Of a stretch of 64,000 nucleotides of DNA, positions 12,069 to 24,737 are shown piece after piece. The notes beneath the pieces were generated by a model. It saw only the letters and a list, made by a program, of their open reading frames with translations. It was not told where the DNA came from and searched no databases. The number at the start of each line of letters is the position of its first letter. Position 1 is the first letter of the stretch. This DNA is from an uncultured Actinomycetes bacterium (GTDB lineage: Bacteria; Actinomycetota; Thermoleophilia; RBG-16-64-13): the NCBI GenBank assembly GCA_963706025.1, contig CAVPLM010000011.1, positions 1 through 64,000 on the forward strand, read 5' to 3'. Position numbers and translations under genes: made by a program.

Positions 12069-14494
12069 AGAAGCGTCCGCCGGCCCGGGCTCTTGGGTCT
12101 TGGACCTGCACGAGGTCGGCCCCGACGATCTCGGCCGGGCCGGAGGCAAAGCGGTGGCACTGGCGGCTCTGCAGCGAGCCGGCCTCCGGATCCCCGGGGG
12201 CCTTTGTGTGCTCACCGCCGCGTACGACAGATTCGTCGACACCGCCGGTCTCCGTCAGGCGATCGCGCTCGAGCTTGGACGCAAGAGCTTCGAAGACATG
12301 CGCTGGGAAGAGGTCTGGGACGCTTCGCTCAGGATCCGCAACCTGTTCCTCCGGGCATCTCTCGAGCCTGAGCTTACCGGTGTGCTGGAGGAGATCCTGG
12401 GCCGGCGGTTCGGCGACGGACGACCGGCCGTCGTCCGTTCCACGGCTCCCGCGGAGGACACGGCTGCGACGTCGTTCGCCGGGCTGCACGAATCCTACGT
12501 GAACGTGAGAGGTGTACCCGCGCTATTGGATGCCGTGCGCCAGGTGTGGGCCTCGTTGTGGACCGACCGGGCCCTCCTCTACCGCAAGGAGCTGGGTCTG
12601 GACGTCCTTTCCAGCAGCATGGCCGTCGTAGTCCAGGAACTGATCTCGGGGGAGGTCTCGGGAGTCGCGTTCTCCCAGAACCCCCTGGACGAGTCCCAGG
12701 CCGTGGTGGAAGCCGTCTGGGGCCTGAACGAGGGCTTGGTCGACGGGACCATAGAGCCGGACCGCTGGATAGTTGAACGAGGCACCGGAACCCTGGTGGA
12801 GCACTTCGAACCGGTCCGTCTCCACAAAGTCGCCTCGAGCAGCGAGCGCGCCCCGGATCCCGGCGGCGCCCCGGATCCCGGCGGCGCCGTGGGGGCCGAC
12901 GGTGAGGGCCGGGGCGCCTCGGGAGCCGGTGGCGCCGGGGGGACGCAGCTTGTCGAGCTGGCCGAAAGCGAGCGGGTCGCCCCTCCCCTGAGCGACGCTG
13001 AGCTTCGGTCCGTCGTGGCCGCCGCCTTTGAGGCAGAGAATCTGTTCGGCAGGCCCCAGGACGTGGAATGGACCCTGGCGGGAGACGACCTCTGGATCCT
13101 GCAGTCGCGACCGATCTCCACCTGGGAGCGACACTCCAGGCTGAAGCCGATTCCATCGCACACGAGCGGGCCCAGGAGGAGGTGCGGGAGGTGCTGGGAG
13201 GTACCGCCTCGCCCGGCGAGCAGCCCCGACTGTGCGGGACGAACGTCCCTGGTATGTCAACCTGCACAGGAGCTTCAGTACGCTCCGCGACCTGCGCTAC
13301 CAGGTGGAGCAGGTGGCCATCCCCCAGATGGGGGCAGAGGCCGACTCCATGGCCACGACTGATCTCTCCGGCTTGTCGGACGAGGATCTGGCAGTGGAAA
13401 TGGCCCGCCGCAGAGAGGCCCTGACCCGCTGGGAGGAGACCTACTACCAGGACTTCATCCCTCTTGCTCACGGCGTGCGGTTGTTCGGACAGGTCTACAA
13501 CGACAAGGTGCGACCGGCGGACCCCTACGAGTTCGTGGATCTGCTCGCCGGCTCCGGCCTGCTCAGCGTGAGCCGCAACGCCACTCTCGAGGAGCTCGCA
13601 GATCGGATGGCCCGAGAACCAACCGAACCGACGGAGGCCCTCGATGACTATCTCGACCGGTTCGGATCGGGGCCGGGGACGCCGGAGCCGGTACGAGCCC
13701 GGGAGCGCGCGCGCCTGATCCGGCTGGTTTCCGAGATGGCCCGGCAGCCGGAAGGAGGAGGCGCTCACGGACGGGCGCACCGCGGCCGGGTGCGGCCGAG
13801 GTCGTCTGGCGCGCAGCCTGCCGACCGCGCCGCGGAATACCTGGGCCGCTTCCAGGGAGAGGAGAGGCGCTTTCAGGAGGAGCTTCTGGACTTGGCCCGA
13901 GCCAGCTACCGCCTGCGCGACGACGACAACGTCCATCTGGGCCGTTTTCGCCGGCTGGTGGAGGCCGCCCTGGCCGAGGCTCAGGCCCGGGCGGGCGGCC
14001 CCACTGCCGGCGACGTGACCGGCAGCGGGTCCGAGGGCACGACTCCGCCTGAGTCGACCGCAGAACCGCCTCCGGAGGCGTCGCGGCCGGCCGGAGACGA
14101 AGCAGCGCCCGCCCCCTCACCTGCACCGCGCTTCAAGGTGAGGCAGTTGGTGGGCCAGCCGGCCGGTCCCGGACTCGCCGTCGGCCGAGCAAGGGTCTCG
14201 CTCGGCGAGAACGATCTCTACGCCTTCGTCCGGGGGGAGATACTGGTCTGCGACAGTCTCGATCCCACGATGACTTTCGTCGCGCCCCTGGCTGCGGCCA
14301 TCGTGGAGCGGCGAGGAGGGATGCTGGTCCACGGCGCCATCATCGCCCGGGAATACGGTCTGCCCTGCGTCACCGGGGTTCCTGATGCCACCGAGGAGAT
14401 CCACACGGGTGACCTGCTCACGGTGGACGGTTTCCTGGGGATCGTCGTGGTCGGCGGAACGCCGCCCGGAAGCGTGGTGCCCGCCGAGTCGTAG
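12058..14494 (+). CDS. PEP-utilising dikinase-like protein (ATP-grasp N-terminus, C-terminal swivel His domain; RPH-like domain order; frameshifted)
   Basis: GGKAVAL, VRSTAPAEDTAATSFAGLH, PQDVEW...LQSRPI; C-terminal GGMLVHGAIIAREYGLPCV. Confidence 0.88.
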
Positions 14495-14578
14495 CCGCCC
14501 GAGTCGTAGCCCCCGCCCGGTCGCAACCATGCCCCCGCAAGGTCCGCTACCCCGGGCGCATCTCGGGGGATTCGAGGA

Positions 14579-14705
14579 TTAGCTCACGTAGCTGATGGGT
14601 CCATTTCGCAGGACCTCGGGCACGTGATACCTGTAGAACCACCACTCCGCGGCCGGCAGATCGTTCATGTCCGAGAAGATGGTGAAGGATGATGGTCTCG
14701 ATCAT
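14579..14705 (-). pseudogene. Truncated N-terminal fragment of a bacterial chalcone-isomerase/EthD-like protein
   Basis: With one indel corrected it reads MIETIILTIFSDMNDLPAAEWWFYRYHVPEVLRNGPISYVS*; the W-x-Y-x-x-H-x-P pattern resembles the Eubacterium ramulus CHI N-terminus as I recall it; GGAG RBS upstream. Confidence 0.45.
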
Positions 14706-14738
14706 GAGACCCCGTCTCCCGGATCCATGCTGCGCTGG

Positions 14739-16866
14739 CTACGGTGTCGCCGGGGCGGAGCGCAGGTCCCCCACCAGTTCCTCCACCAAGCCGTCCTCGA
14801 CCACGTGCGGCAAGGTGATGTGACCGCCGGGGGAAGGCTCGGCGCGGGGGCCCGCGCGGCGCCGGGGGGCCGCGTTCTGCCCGCGGCGTCCCCCGCGACG
14901 CGCCCCGCATTCCAGGCCGCCGCGGTCTCCAGAGCGGCCTCGTTGCGGGCCCAGGCCCGCCGGGCCACCCCGCCCATGACGTCCCACTCCACCGCCGAGC
15001 GGATGATGGCGTCCACCCGCTCCGAGCCGTCCAGGACCAGGCCGAACCCGGTGTTGATGGCCCGGCCGATGCCGACCCCCCCGCCGTTGGAAGCCACCAC
15101 CAGGGTCATGCCCCGGGCGGCATTGCCGGCCCAGCAGTGGAAGGCCATGTCGGCCATAACGTTCGAGCCGTCGTGGATGTTCGCCGTTTCCCGGTAGGGA
15201 GAGTCGGTGCCGGAGACGTCGTGATGGTCGCGGCCGATGATCACCGGGCCGATCTCGCCCCGGCGCACCAGGTCGTTGAAGGCTAGGGCGATGCGCACCC
15301 GCCCTTCGGCGTCGGCGTAGAGGATGCGGGCCTGCGAGCCCACCACCAGGTTGTTCTTGGCGGCGTCGCGCACCCAGTTGTAGTTGTCGCGGTCCTGCCA
15401 GCAGCGCTCCGGGTCGATGCAGCTCATGGCCGCGGCGTCGGTGGCGGCCAGGTCGGCCGGGTCGAGACTGCAGCACACCCAGCGGAAGGGGCCGTAGCCC
15501 CGGTCGAAGCAGAGCGGGCCCATGATGTGCTCCACGTAGGAGGGGTAGATGAAACCCTCCTTGGTGTCGGCGCCGTTGGCGGCCACCTCTGTGACGCCCG
15601 CCTCGAACACCGCCTTGAGGAAGCTGTTGCCGTAGTCCCAGAAGTGGGTGCCCCGCCGCGCCATCACGCCGATCAGCTCGATCTGCCTGCGCAGCGAATC
15701 GTCCACCCGGCGCCGGTACTCCGCCGGGTCGGCGCCGAGCAGCTCCCGGGCCGCCGCGAAGTCCAGGCCCTGGGGCACGTAGCCGCCTTCGTAGGCGGCG
15801 TGGCAGGAGGTCTGGTCGGAGGCCAGCTCCACCGGCATCTCGTGGTCCACCGCGTACTGCCACAGGTCGACCACGTTGCCGTGGTAGGCGATGGAGAGGG
15901 GCGTCCGGGCGGCGCGCGCAGCCGCCGCCCAGGAGAAAGCCTGGTCGAGATCGGCGGTGACCCGCTGCACCCAGCCCTGCTCCCGGCGGGTCTCGATGCG
16001 CGACAGGTCCACCTCGGCCGTGATGCTCACCGCCCCGGCGATGTCCGCCGCTTTCGGCTGGGCGCCGCTCATCCCGCCCAGGCCGGAGCTCAGATAGAGA
16101 CGGCCGGCCAGATCTTGATCGTCCGGGATCCCCAGATACAGGCGCCCGGCGTTCAGCAGCGTGAGGTAGGTGCCGTGCACGATCCCCTGCGGCCCGATGT
16201 ACATCCAGCCGCCGGCGGTCATCTGGCCGTAGTTGGCCACGCCGAGCTGGGCGGCCTCGTGGAAGTCGGCCGGGTTGTCGAACTCGCCCACCATGAGGCC
16301 GTTGGTGTTGATCACCCGGGGGGCGTCGCGGTGGGTGGGGAACAGGCCCACGGGGTGGCCGGAGGCGACCACCAGGGTCTGGTCCTCGGTCATCTGCTCG
16401 AGGTACTGCTTGACCAGCCGGTACTGCATCCAGTTCTGGAACACCTGGCCCGTCTCCCCGTAGGTGACCAGCTCGTAGGGGTAGAGGGCGACGGCGAAAT
16501 CCAGGTTGTTGTCGATGTTGAGCTGGAGCGCCCGGGCCTCGAGGATGCCCCGGTACTGGTCGACCGGCCGGGCCTTGATGTTGCCCGTCGCGGCGTCGGC
16601 TCCCGTCACGACCCCGGCGCCGGCCGGAACCGGTAGCCGTAGATGCGTCCCCGCTCCCTCAGTTCCGCCAGGAACTCGGGCGCCACCGCCTCGTGCAGCG
16701 CCGGCGGCACGTAGCGGAGGGCGTTCTTGAGCGCCAGCACCGTCTGGCGCGGCGACAGGGTGATAGCCCCGGTCGGGCGCCCGGCGGATGCCGGGCGCGA
16801 ACGTCGCCGGCGGCGGCAACTCCTCGGAAGGCCGAGGGTGAGAGGTGTCTCGTTCTGGGTCGCCAT
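14739..16866 (-). CDS. hutU: Urocanate hydratase (long form; frameshifted)
   Basis: NNLDFAVALYPYELVTYG, YGQMTAGGWMYIGPQGIVHGT, GLGGMSGAQPKA, SDQTSCH, GRDHHDVSGTDSP; C-terminus GHITLPHVVEDGLVEE. Confidence 0.95.
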
Positions 16867-16896
16867 GACGTGCGGCGCCTCCGACGGGAGGGTCGG

Positions 16897-17792
16897 TCAC
16901 ACCTCCAGGAGCCGGCTCTCGATGACCTGCTCCACGGAGAAGTCGTGCAGCTGCAGGTAGTGGCGGATGGTCTCTTCGAAGGCCTCCAGCGGCGCCAGCC
17001 CCACCAGCTCGCAGCCGGCCACCGCCACTCCGTAGCGGGCCGCCTCCGAGCGCACGGTCTCCAGCACCCGGTGGATGGGCGTCTTCTCGTACTGCAGGAT
17101 GTCGATGGAGACCTGCACCTGGCCCTTGCCCTCCAGCGCCACCCCCATGGCCCGCACGTAGCGGTACCCGCCGCCCGAGAAGCGCACGGCCTCGGCGATG
17201 CGCTCGCGCGATGGAGAGATCGTCGGTGGCCAGATTCACGTTGAAGGCGATGAGGGGGAAACGCACTCCCACGATCGAGGCCCCCGACCGGGCGTTGAAC
17301 TCCGCCGGGCCGGCATCGGGGGCGCCCTCCGGGGTGGCCAGTTTGGCGGCCAGGCCCTCGTATTCGCCCCGACGCACGTCGGGCAGCGACTGTCGCTCCG
17401 GCCGGGTGGCGGCCTCCTGGTAGTAGTAGACGGGGACGCCCTGCTCCCCGATCCACTCCCCCAACCGCCGCGCCAACACCACCGCCTCCTCGTCCGTCAC
17501 CCCACGCAGGGGCACGAACGGGATCACGTCAACCGCCCCCAGGCGCGGATGGGCCCCTTCGTGCTTCCGCATGTCGATGACCGCGAAGGCCTCCCGGCAC
17601 AGAGCCTGGGTGGCTGCCAGCACCGCCTCCGGCTCGCCCACGTAGGTGAGCACGGACCGGTTGTGATCGGGGTCGGCGCTCCAGTCGAGCAGCTCCACCC
17701 CCGGAGTCGCCCTGACCGCCCCGCTACGACCGCTCGATGACGGCTGCATCCCGCCCCTCGCTGACGTTGGGCACGCACTCGATCAGCCGCAT
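16897..17792 (-). CDS. ftcD: Glutamate formimidoyltransferase (frameshifted)
   Basis: MRLIECVPNVSEGRD start; DPDHNRSVLT; HPRLGAVDVIPFVP; LIAFNVNL; located in the hut operon. Confidence 0.93.
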
Positions 17793-17794
17793 GG

Positions 17795-19106
17795 TCATGC
17801 CTCTTCCACGTGATCCCGCTTCACCACGAGCCTGCCCTCTTTGAATACCCGCCATACCGGGTTCATCCCGTAGCGATACGGGATCTCAACGTGTCTCGAG
17901 CTATCGAGGATAAGAATGTCCGCCTTCTTCCCGACCTCCAGGCTCCCCACTTCGTCGTCCAGGGCCAGCGCTGCCGCCGCCTCGATGGTGATGGCCCGGA
18001 TCACTTCCTCCGCCGTCATCCTCAGCTGCGAGCAGCCCATCGTGGCCATCAGCCAGAGGTTCTGGGTGGGACTGGAGCCCGGGTTGAAGTCGGTGCTCAG
18101 CGCCACCCGCGCCCCAGCGTCGAGCAGCCGGCGGGCCGGCGCGTAGCCGCCCTCGCCCAGGAAGAAGGTGGCGCCGGGCAGAAGGACCGCCACCGGGACG
18201 CGCTTACCCCCGGTCGTGACCGCGAGCGCCGCGATGCCGGCTTCGCTCACATGGTCCAGGTGGTCGACCGACACGGCTCCCAATTCCGCCGCCATCTCGG
18301 TGCCCCCCAGGTAGCTGAGCTGGTCGGCATGCAGCTTGGGCAGCAGTCCGTGCTCGAGGCCGGCTTCGAGCACGCGGCGGCACTGCTCGACCGAGAAAGC
18401 CCCCTGCTCGCAGAACGCGTCGCAGAATCGGGCCAGCTTGTGCTTGGCCGCCGCCGGGATCATCTTCTTCACGATCATCTTCACGTAGTCGTCGGCTCGG
18501 TCGGAGTACTCCACCGGCACGTTATGGGCGGCCAGGAGGGTCGGCACCACGTCGACGGCGTGAGCGAGGCTGACGTCCCGGTATACCTCCAGAAGCCGCA
18601 GCTCCTGCTCGAGGGAAAGGCCATAGCCGCTCTTCGCCTCGACGGTGGTCACGCCATAGCGGAGAAACCGGTCGAGCCGCTTGCGGGCCAGCGCGCGGAG
18701 CATGCTCGTCCGACGCAGCCCGGGTGGCGTGGACCGTGCTCATGATCCCGCCTCCAGCCGCGGCGATCTCTTGATAGGTCGCACCGGCCACCCGCATCTG
18801 GAACTCGTCCGCCCGATCGGCGGCATAGGCAAGGTGGGCGTGACACTCCACCAACCCGGGCATGACCACCCGTCCGTCCGCGTCGACCGTCTGCCCGCCC
18901 CGGGCCAAGCGGACTTCTTCCATCAGCGCCGATCCCTCACCGACCCACACCACGCGTCCCTCGCGCGCCGCCACCGCCCCATCCGGGATGTGCCCCAGGG
19001 TCGAGCGGGCGCCGGAGCCGGGGGCACCCCGCGCGCAGGTGAGCAGCTCCCCTGCGTCCTTGATGATCAGGTCGGCTTCAACCCACGTGCTCGTGGACTC
19101 GTTCAC
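17795..19106 (-). CDS. hutI: Imidazolonepropionase (one frameshift)
   Basis: PGLVECHAHL, GGGIMSTV, GVTTVEAKSGYGL, KLHADQL, STDFNPGSSP. Confidence 0.95.
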
Positions 19107-19121
19107 GGGTCCTCCCCTATT

Positions 19122-20672
19122 TCATTTCGCGTATGCCGGCTCCAGCGGCCCCACTGCTTTCTCTACCCTCGCGATCAGCGAACCATCGCGCACCATCTCG
19201 CTCAAGCGCCTCTATGTCCGGCGTCTGCGGACGATCATCCTCAAGTGGAGGTATAGACTCGCGGATGAAGTCATGGGCGGCCGCCACTCCCCGCCCCGGC
19301 CGCAATCCCTCCCGGAATTCCAGCCCCTGGGCCCCGCAGAGCAGCTCGATGGCGATCACCCGCAGCACGTTCCCCACTATTTCCCGAGCCTTGAGAGCGG
19401 CAAACGCCCCCATGCTCACGAAGTCCTCTTTGTTCGCCGAGGTCGGGATGCTGTCTACGCAGGCCGGATGGGCCAAGGTCTTGTTCTCCGACACCAGGGC
19501 CGCCGCCGTCACCTGGGCGATCATCAGGCCGCTGTTGAGTCCGCCGCGCTTGGTCAGGAAGGCGGGCAGATGATCGGAGGTGCTGGGGTCCATCATGCAC
19601 TCCACCCGGCGCTCGGAGATGTTGGCCAATTCGGCCAGGGCCATCGCAAGGATGTCCATCGCCTGAGAGATCGGCTGGCCGTGGAAGTTCCCTCCCAAGA
19701 TGACCCTTTCTTCCTCGGGGAAGACCAGCGGATTGTCGGTGGCGGCGTTGATCTCCACCTCCAGAACTCCACGCACGAAGGCCAGAGCATCCTTCACCGC
19801 CCCGTGCACCTGCGGAGCGCAACGCAGCGAGTAGGCGTCCTGCACCTTGCCGCACCCCTCGTGCGAGGCCATGATCTCGCTGTCCTCCAAGAGGCGAAGG
19901 AGATTGCGCGCGGTCGCCCTCTGACCCGGGTGCGGCCGAACCCTGTGCGTGATGTCGAGGTAAGGGGTACTCGTTCCCCGAAGGGCCTCCACCGCCTGGC
20001 GCGCACGCGATGTCGGCCGCCTTGCTGATGTTCTCGGCCTCCAGCAGGCTGAGCACGCCCACCGCCGTCATCATCTGGGTGCCGTTGATCAGGGCCAAGC
20101 CCTCTTTGGCCTCCAGGACCACCGGTTCGATGCCGGCCGCCCGGAGCGCCTCCCCGCCCGGCATACGCCGCCCCTGGTAGACCGCCTCGCCCTCGCCCAT
20201 GAGAACGGCCGTCAGATGCGCCAGAGGGGCCAGATCACCGCAGGCCCCCACCGAGCCCTTGCGCGGGATCACGGGCAGCACCCCGGCGTTCAGAACAGCG
20301 AGCAGAGTCTGGAGCACCACCAGTCGGGCGCCCGAGTAGCCCTTGGCCAGCACGTTGGCCCGCAGCAACATCATGGCCCGCGTCTCTTCGGGCTCGAGGG
20401 GCTCCCCTACGCCGCAGCAGTGGCTGAATACCAGGTTGCGCTGCAAGGCCCGAGCGTCGGCCCCGGCCACCCGCACCTCGGCGAACTTGCCGAACCCGGT
20501 GGTCACGCCGTAGACGACGGCATCCTCGGCCAGCAGACGGTCGATATACTCGCGCGCCCGCTCGATGCGCGGAATCGCGGCTGGGGCCAGGTTCACAGTG
20601 ACCCCACCCCGGGCCACGAGCGCCACATCCGCTGAGTTTGAGAGAATCGCCGTCGATGACCAGGGTCGCCAC
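19122..20672 (-). CDS. hutH: Histidine ammonia-lyase (frameshifted)
   Basis: VYGVTTGFG, GSVGACGDLAPL (MIO-forming region reads ACG here), KEGLALINGT, QDAYSLRCAPQVHG, GGNFHGQP. Confidence 0.93.
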
Positions 20673-20827
20673 AGCCTTCACCCACCCGACCGATAGCACT
20701 TATATCTTCCATAGTACGCCTGAGCGGACTCCTTGGGCATCTCGGTCGTGTCCGGTCACCGGCCGCGCGCAGGCGCATGGGCTTGCTCGGTATTTCGACC
20801 CGGCCGGCCTGCCGCCGGCCGGCGAGA

Positions 20828-22673
20828 CTACTCAGGCCGCACGCCGATGTGGAAGGGGATGCTCATGACCACCACCCACGGCACGCCCAGGAGCGCCGCC
20901 TTGAGTCGGAGCGCGTTCTGATTGTGGAGGACGTTCTCCCACCAATGCTCGACCACGAACTCCGGGATGATCACAGTGACCGTGTGATCTGCGCTCGGAT
21001 GGAGGGAGCGGATGTAGTCCACGGCCGGCCTGGTGAACTCCCGATAGGGCGAGTCGACCACCACGAGAGGGATGTCGATGCCCATCTCTGCCCAGGTCGT
21101 TTGCAGGGCGCAGCACCTGTTCCGGGTCGCCGCTGATGGTGGCGGCATGGAAGTCGTCAGGGGAGAGCCCGCGGCCCAGAGCCAGAGAGCGAGCCGTCAG
21201 TTCGTTGACCTTGGAGACGAAGAGCACCACAGTGGTCCTTGGGCGGGAGACGGCCACTCTCCCCAGACGCTCCAGCTGGTCGGGATCCTGGGGCTCCAGA
21301 AAACCCGCCACTTGTGCATAGTGACGCCGCACCACATAGAAGAGGGCAACAAGGGCGGGAACAGCAGCAACGACGATCCAGGCGCCCTCCATGAACTTGG
21401 TCGACAGGATCACCACGGCCACCACGCCGGTGAGAACAGCCCCCAGGGTGTTCATGGCGGCGCGACGCTGCCACCCGCCCGTTTTGAGCCTGCGCCAGTG
21501 CACCACCATGCCCGCCTGCGAAAGCGTGAAGCCGATGAATACCCCCAACGCATAGAAAGGGATCATGCGGTGGGTGTCGGCCTTGAAGATCACGATCAGC
21601 GCGATCGCAGCGACCGTCAGGCCGATGATGCCGTTGGAAAACACCAGACGGTCGCCCCGGTTCATGAACTGGCGAGGCATCAGTCCGTCCCGAGCCAAGA
21701 CCGAGGACAGGCGGGGGAAGCCCGCGTAGCAGGTGTTGGCCCCCAGAACGAGGATGGCCATCGTGGCTATCTGCAGGGCGTAGTAGAAGAACCCTCCACT
21801 ACCGTAGACCGCCCGAGCCACCTGGCTGAGCACCGTGTCCCCGGCCTCAGGGACGATGTGGATGACTTGGGAGATGCCTGTGACGCCGATGAGCAGGAAC
21901 CCGAGCACCGCCGCCATGATGCCCAGGGTCGCGGCGGCGTTCTTGCTCTCGGGAGGCTTGAAGTCGGGCACGGCGTTGGAGATGGCCTCCGTACCCGTCA
22001 TGGCGGCGCAGCCCCCGGCGAATGCCCGCAGGATCAGGAAGAGGGTGAGTTCCTGAACTCCCGGGATACTGTCGCCGCCCTCGACAGCCTGAAGGTCCCC
22101 CATCAGCCAGCGGATTGCCCCCACTATCACCAGCCCCCCGCACAGCACCATGAAGACGTACGTGGGGACTGCGAAGAGACGCCCGGATTCCCTCACCCCG
22201 CGGAGATTGGCGAGAGCCACCAGGATCACCAGGCCGACGGCGATTATCACCCGGTACTCGAACAGGACCGGGAAGGCGGAAGTGATGGCGGCCACGCCCG
22301 AGGCCACGCTGACAGCCACGGTGGCCACGTAGCCCACCATCAGGGACGCGGCAGCGACCAGGCCGGGGGCCAACCCGAGGTTCTCCCGGCTTACGACGTA
22401 TGACCCGCCGCCGTTGGGGTATGCGTGCACCGTCTGCTGATACGACAGAGCCACGATGGCCAGAAGGACGGCGACCGCCATGGCGACAGGTAGCGAGTAC
22501 GACAGGGCAGCGGAGCCGGCCAGGATCAGGGCGAGAAGGATCTCTTCGGTCGCATAGGCCGTCGAGGAGATGGCGTCGGAGGAGAAGACGGGCAGAGCGA
22601 ACTTCTTGGGCAGCCGCTCGTGCATCTCCTCGGCAGTGGCGATGGGCCGGCCCAGCAGGGCCCGCTTGATCAT
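20828..22673 (-). CDS. APC-family KimA-like K+ transporter, copy 1
   Basis: FSSDAISSTAYATEEI, YPNGGGSYVVSRENLG, TGTEAISN, SPYREFTRP, WWENVLHNQNALRLK. Confidence 0.9.
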
Positions 22674-22721
22674 CCCAAAGGTGTTCGTAAGCGCACCGGT
22701 CTTTCCCGTCGGGTGTCCGCC

Positions 22722-22730
22722 ATTGTATCA
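22722..22730 (-). promoter_or_regulatory. Extended -10 element (TGaTACAAT) for KimA-like copy 1
   Basis: Minus-strand tgatacaat about 50 nt upstream of the ATG at 22673. Confidence 0.5.
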
Positions 22731-22767
22731 ACGGACCCGGCGGTCGCGAGACCGTCTCAGCTCGTGG

Positions 22768-24630
22768 CTACCACGAGTCGAGTTCGCTCTCGTCCTCTTC
22801 GCCGATGTGGAAGGGGATGCTGATGACGACCACCCAGGGCACCCCCAGAAGCGCCGCCTTCAGCCGGAGGGCGTTCTGGTTGTGCAGGAAGTTCTCCCAC
22901 CAGTGCTCGACCACGAACTCCGGGATGATCACGGTCACCGTATGGCTCCGGCTCGGGCGGAGGGACCGGACGTATTCCACGGCCGGCCGAGTGAACTCCC
23001 GATAGGGCGAGTCGACCACCACGAGAGGGACGTCGATCTCCATCTCCGCCCAGGTCCGCTGCAGAGCGAGCACGCGCTCCGGGTCGCTGGCGATGGTGAC
23101 GGCATGGAAGTCGTCGGGCGAGAGCCCTCGGCCCAGGGCCAGAGAGCGGGCCGTCAGTTCGTTGACCTGGGAGACGAAGAGGACCACGGTCGTCCTTGGC
23201 CGGGAGATGGCCACTCTGCCCAGGCGCTCCAGTTGTTCCGGGTTCTGGGGCTCCAAGAAGCGCGCCACTCGAGGTAGTGGCGGCGCACCGTGTAGAAGAC
23301 GACCACCAGTACGGCCACGGCGATCAGCACGATGTACGCCCCGTGGATGAACTTGGTCACCAGGACCACGACGGTGACCACGCCGGTGAGAAGCGCCCCG
23401 AAACCGTTCATGGCCGCCCGATGCCGCCAACCCGGCGTGCGCAGGCGGAACCAGCGCACCACCATGCCCGATTGGGACAGCGTGAAGCTGGTGAACACTC
23501 CCACCGCGTAGAGCGGGATGAGACTGTGGACTTCGCGCCCGGAAGATCACCAGGACCACGATGGCCGCGACGGTCAGCCCGATGATGCCGTTGGAGAAGA
23601 CCAGCTTGTCGCCCCGGTTCATGAACTGGCGGGGCATCAGACCGTCGCGGGCCAGCACCGAAGCCAGCCGAGGGAAGCCGGTGAAGCTGGTGTTGGCGGC
23701 CAGGACCAGGATGGCCATGGTGGCTATCTGCAGAGCGTAGTAGAAGAAGCCCCCCCCGTAGACGGCGTGCCCGATCTCTCCCAGGACGGTGTCCCGTCCT
23801 GGGGCACGATGTGCAGCACCTGTGCCAAGCCGGTGACCCCGAGCAGCAGAAAGGCCAGGATGGCAGCCATGACGCCCAGAGTGATGGAGGCGTTCTTGCT
23901 CTCCGGCGGCTTGAAGGCAGGCACGGCGTTCGAGATGGCCTCCGTTCCGGTCATGGCCGAGCACCCACCGGAGAAGGCCCGCAGGACGATCCACAGCAGG
24001 GCCAGCCCCTGGAGAGTGCTGCCGCCGTCAGTCGGCGATTGCGGCTCGAGGTCTCCCATGACCCAGCGGATGAACCCCACGACCACGAGGCCGCCGCATA
24101 GCAGGACGAAGAGGTAGGTGGGGATGGCGAAGAAGCGACCCGACTCCCGCACCCCGCGCAGGTTGGCGAGGGCGACCAGGATGATGAGGCCGACGCAGAT
24201 GTAGACCCGCCGGCTGCTCGAGGGCCGGAAAGGCGGCGATGATGGCCGCGACCCCGGAGGCCACGCTCACGGCCACCGTCATGACGTAGTCCACCATCAG
24301 CGACCCGGCGGCGACCATGCCCGGCAGCAGACCCAGGTTCTCCCGGCTGACCACGTAGGAGCCGCCCCCGTTCGGGTACGCGTGGACCGTCTGCTGGTAG
24401 GAGAGGGCGACGAAGACCAACAGGACCACGACCGCGATCGCGATGTAGATGGAGAGGGTGACCGCGGCGACGCCGGCCAGGACCAGGGCGAGCAGGATCT
24501 CCTCGGTCGCGTATGCGGTCGACGAGATGGCGTCCGACGCGAAGACGGGCAGAGCGAACTTCTTGGGCAGCCGCTCCTGCATCTCCTCGGCGGTGGCGAT
24601 CGGCCTGCCCAGCAAAGCCCGCTTCATCAT
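22768..24630 (-). CDS. APC-family KimA-like K+ transporter, copy 2 (frameshifted)
   Basis: Same motifs as copy 1 (FASDAISSTAYATEEI, WWENFLHNQNALRLK); tandem paralogue. Confidence 0.9.
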
Positions 24631-24737
24631 TGAGGGAGCACCCACGCTCTTCTCCAGGTCGTTTTCGTACGAAGACGCCGTTGACGAACGGCTCCATTTA
24701 TCCGCTGTTGCGGCGCGCTAGTCAAGAGACGGAAGGA

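Noticed and set aside
14702-17749. Apparent 1015-aa FtcD-HutU fusion
   Set aside because: It arises from frameshifts; ftcD has its own stop at 16897 and hutU its own start at 16866.
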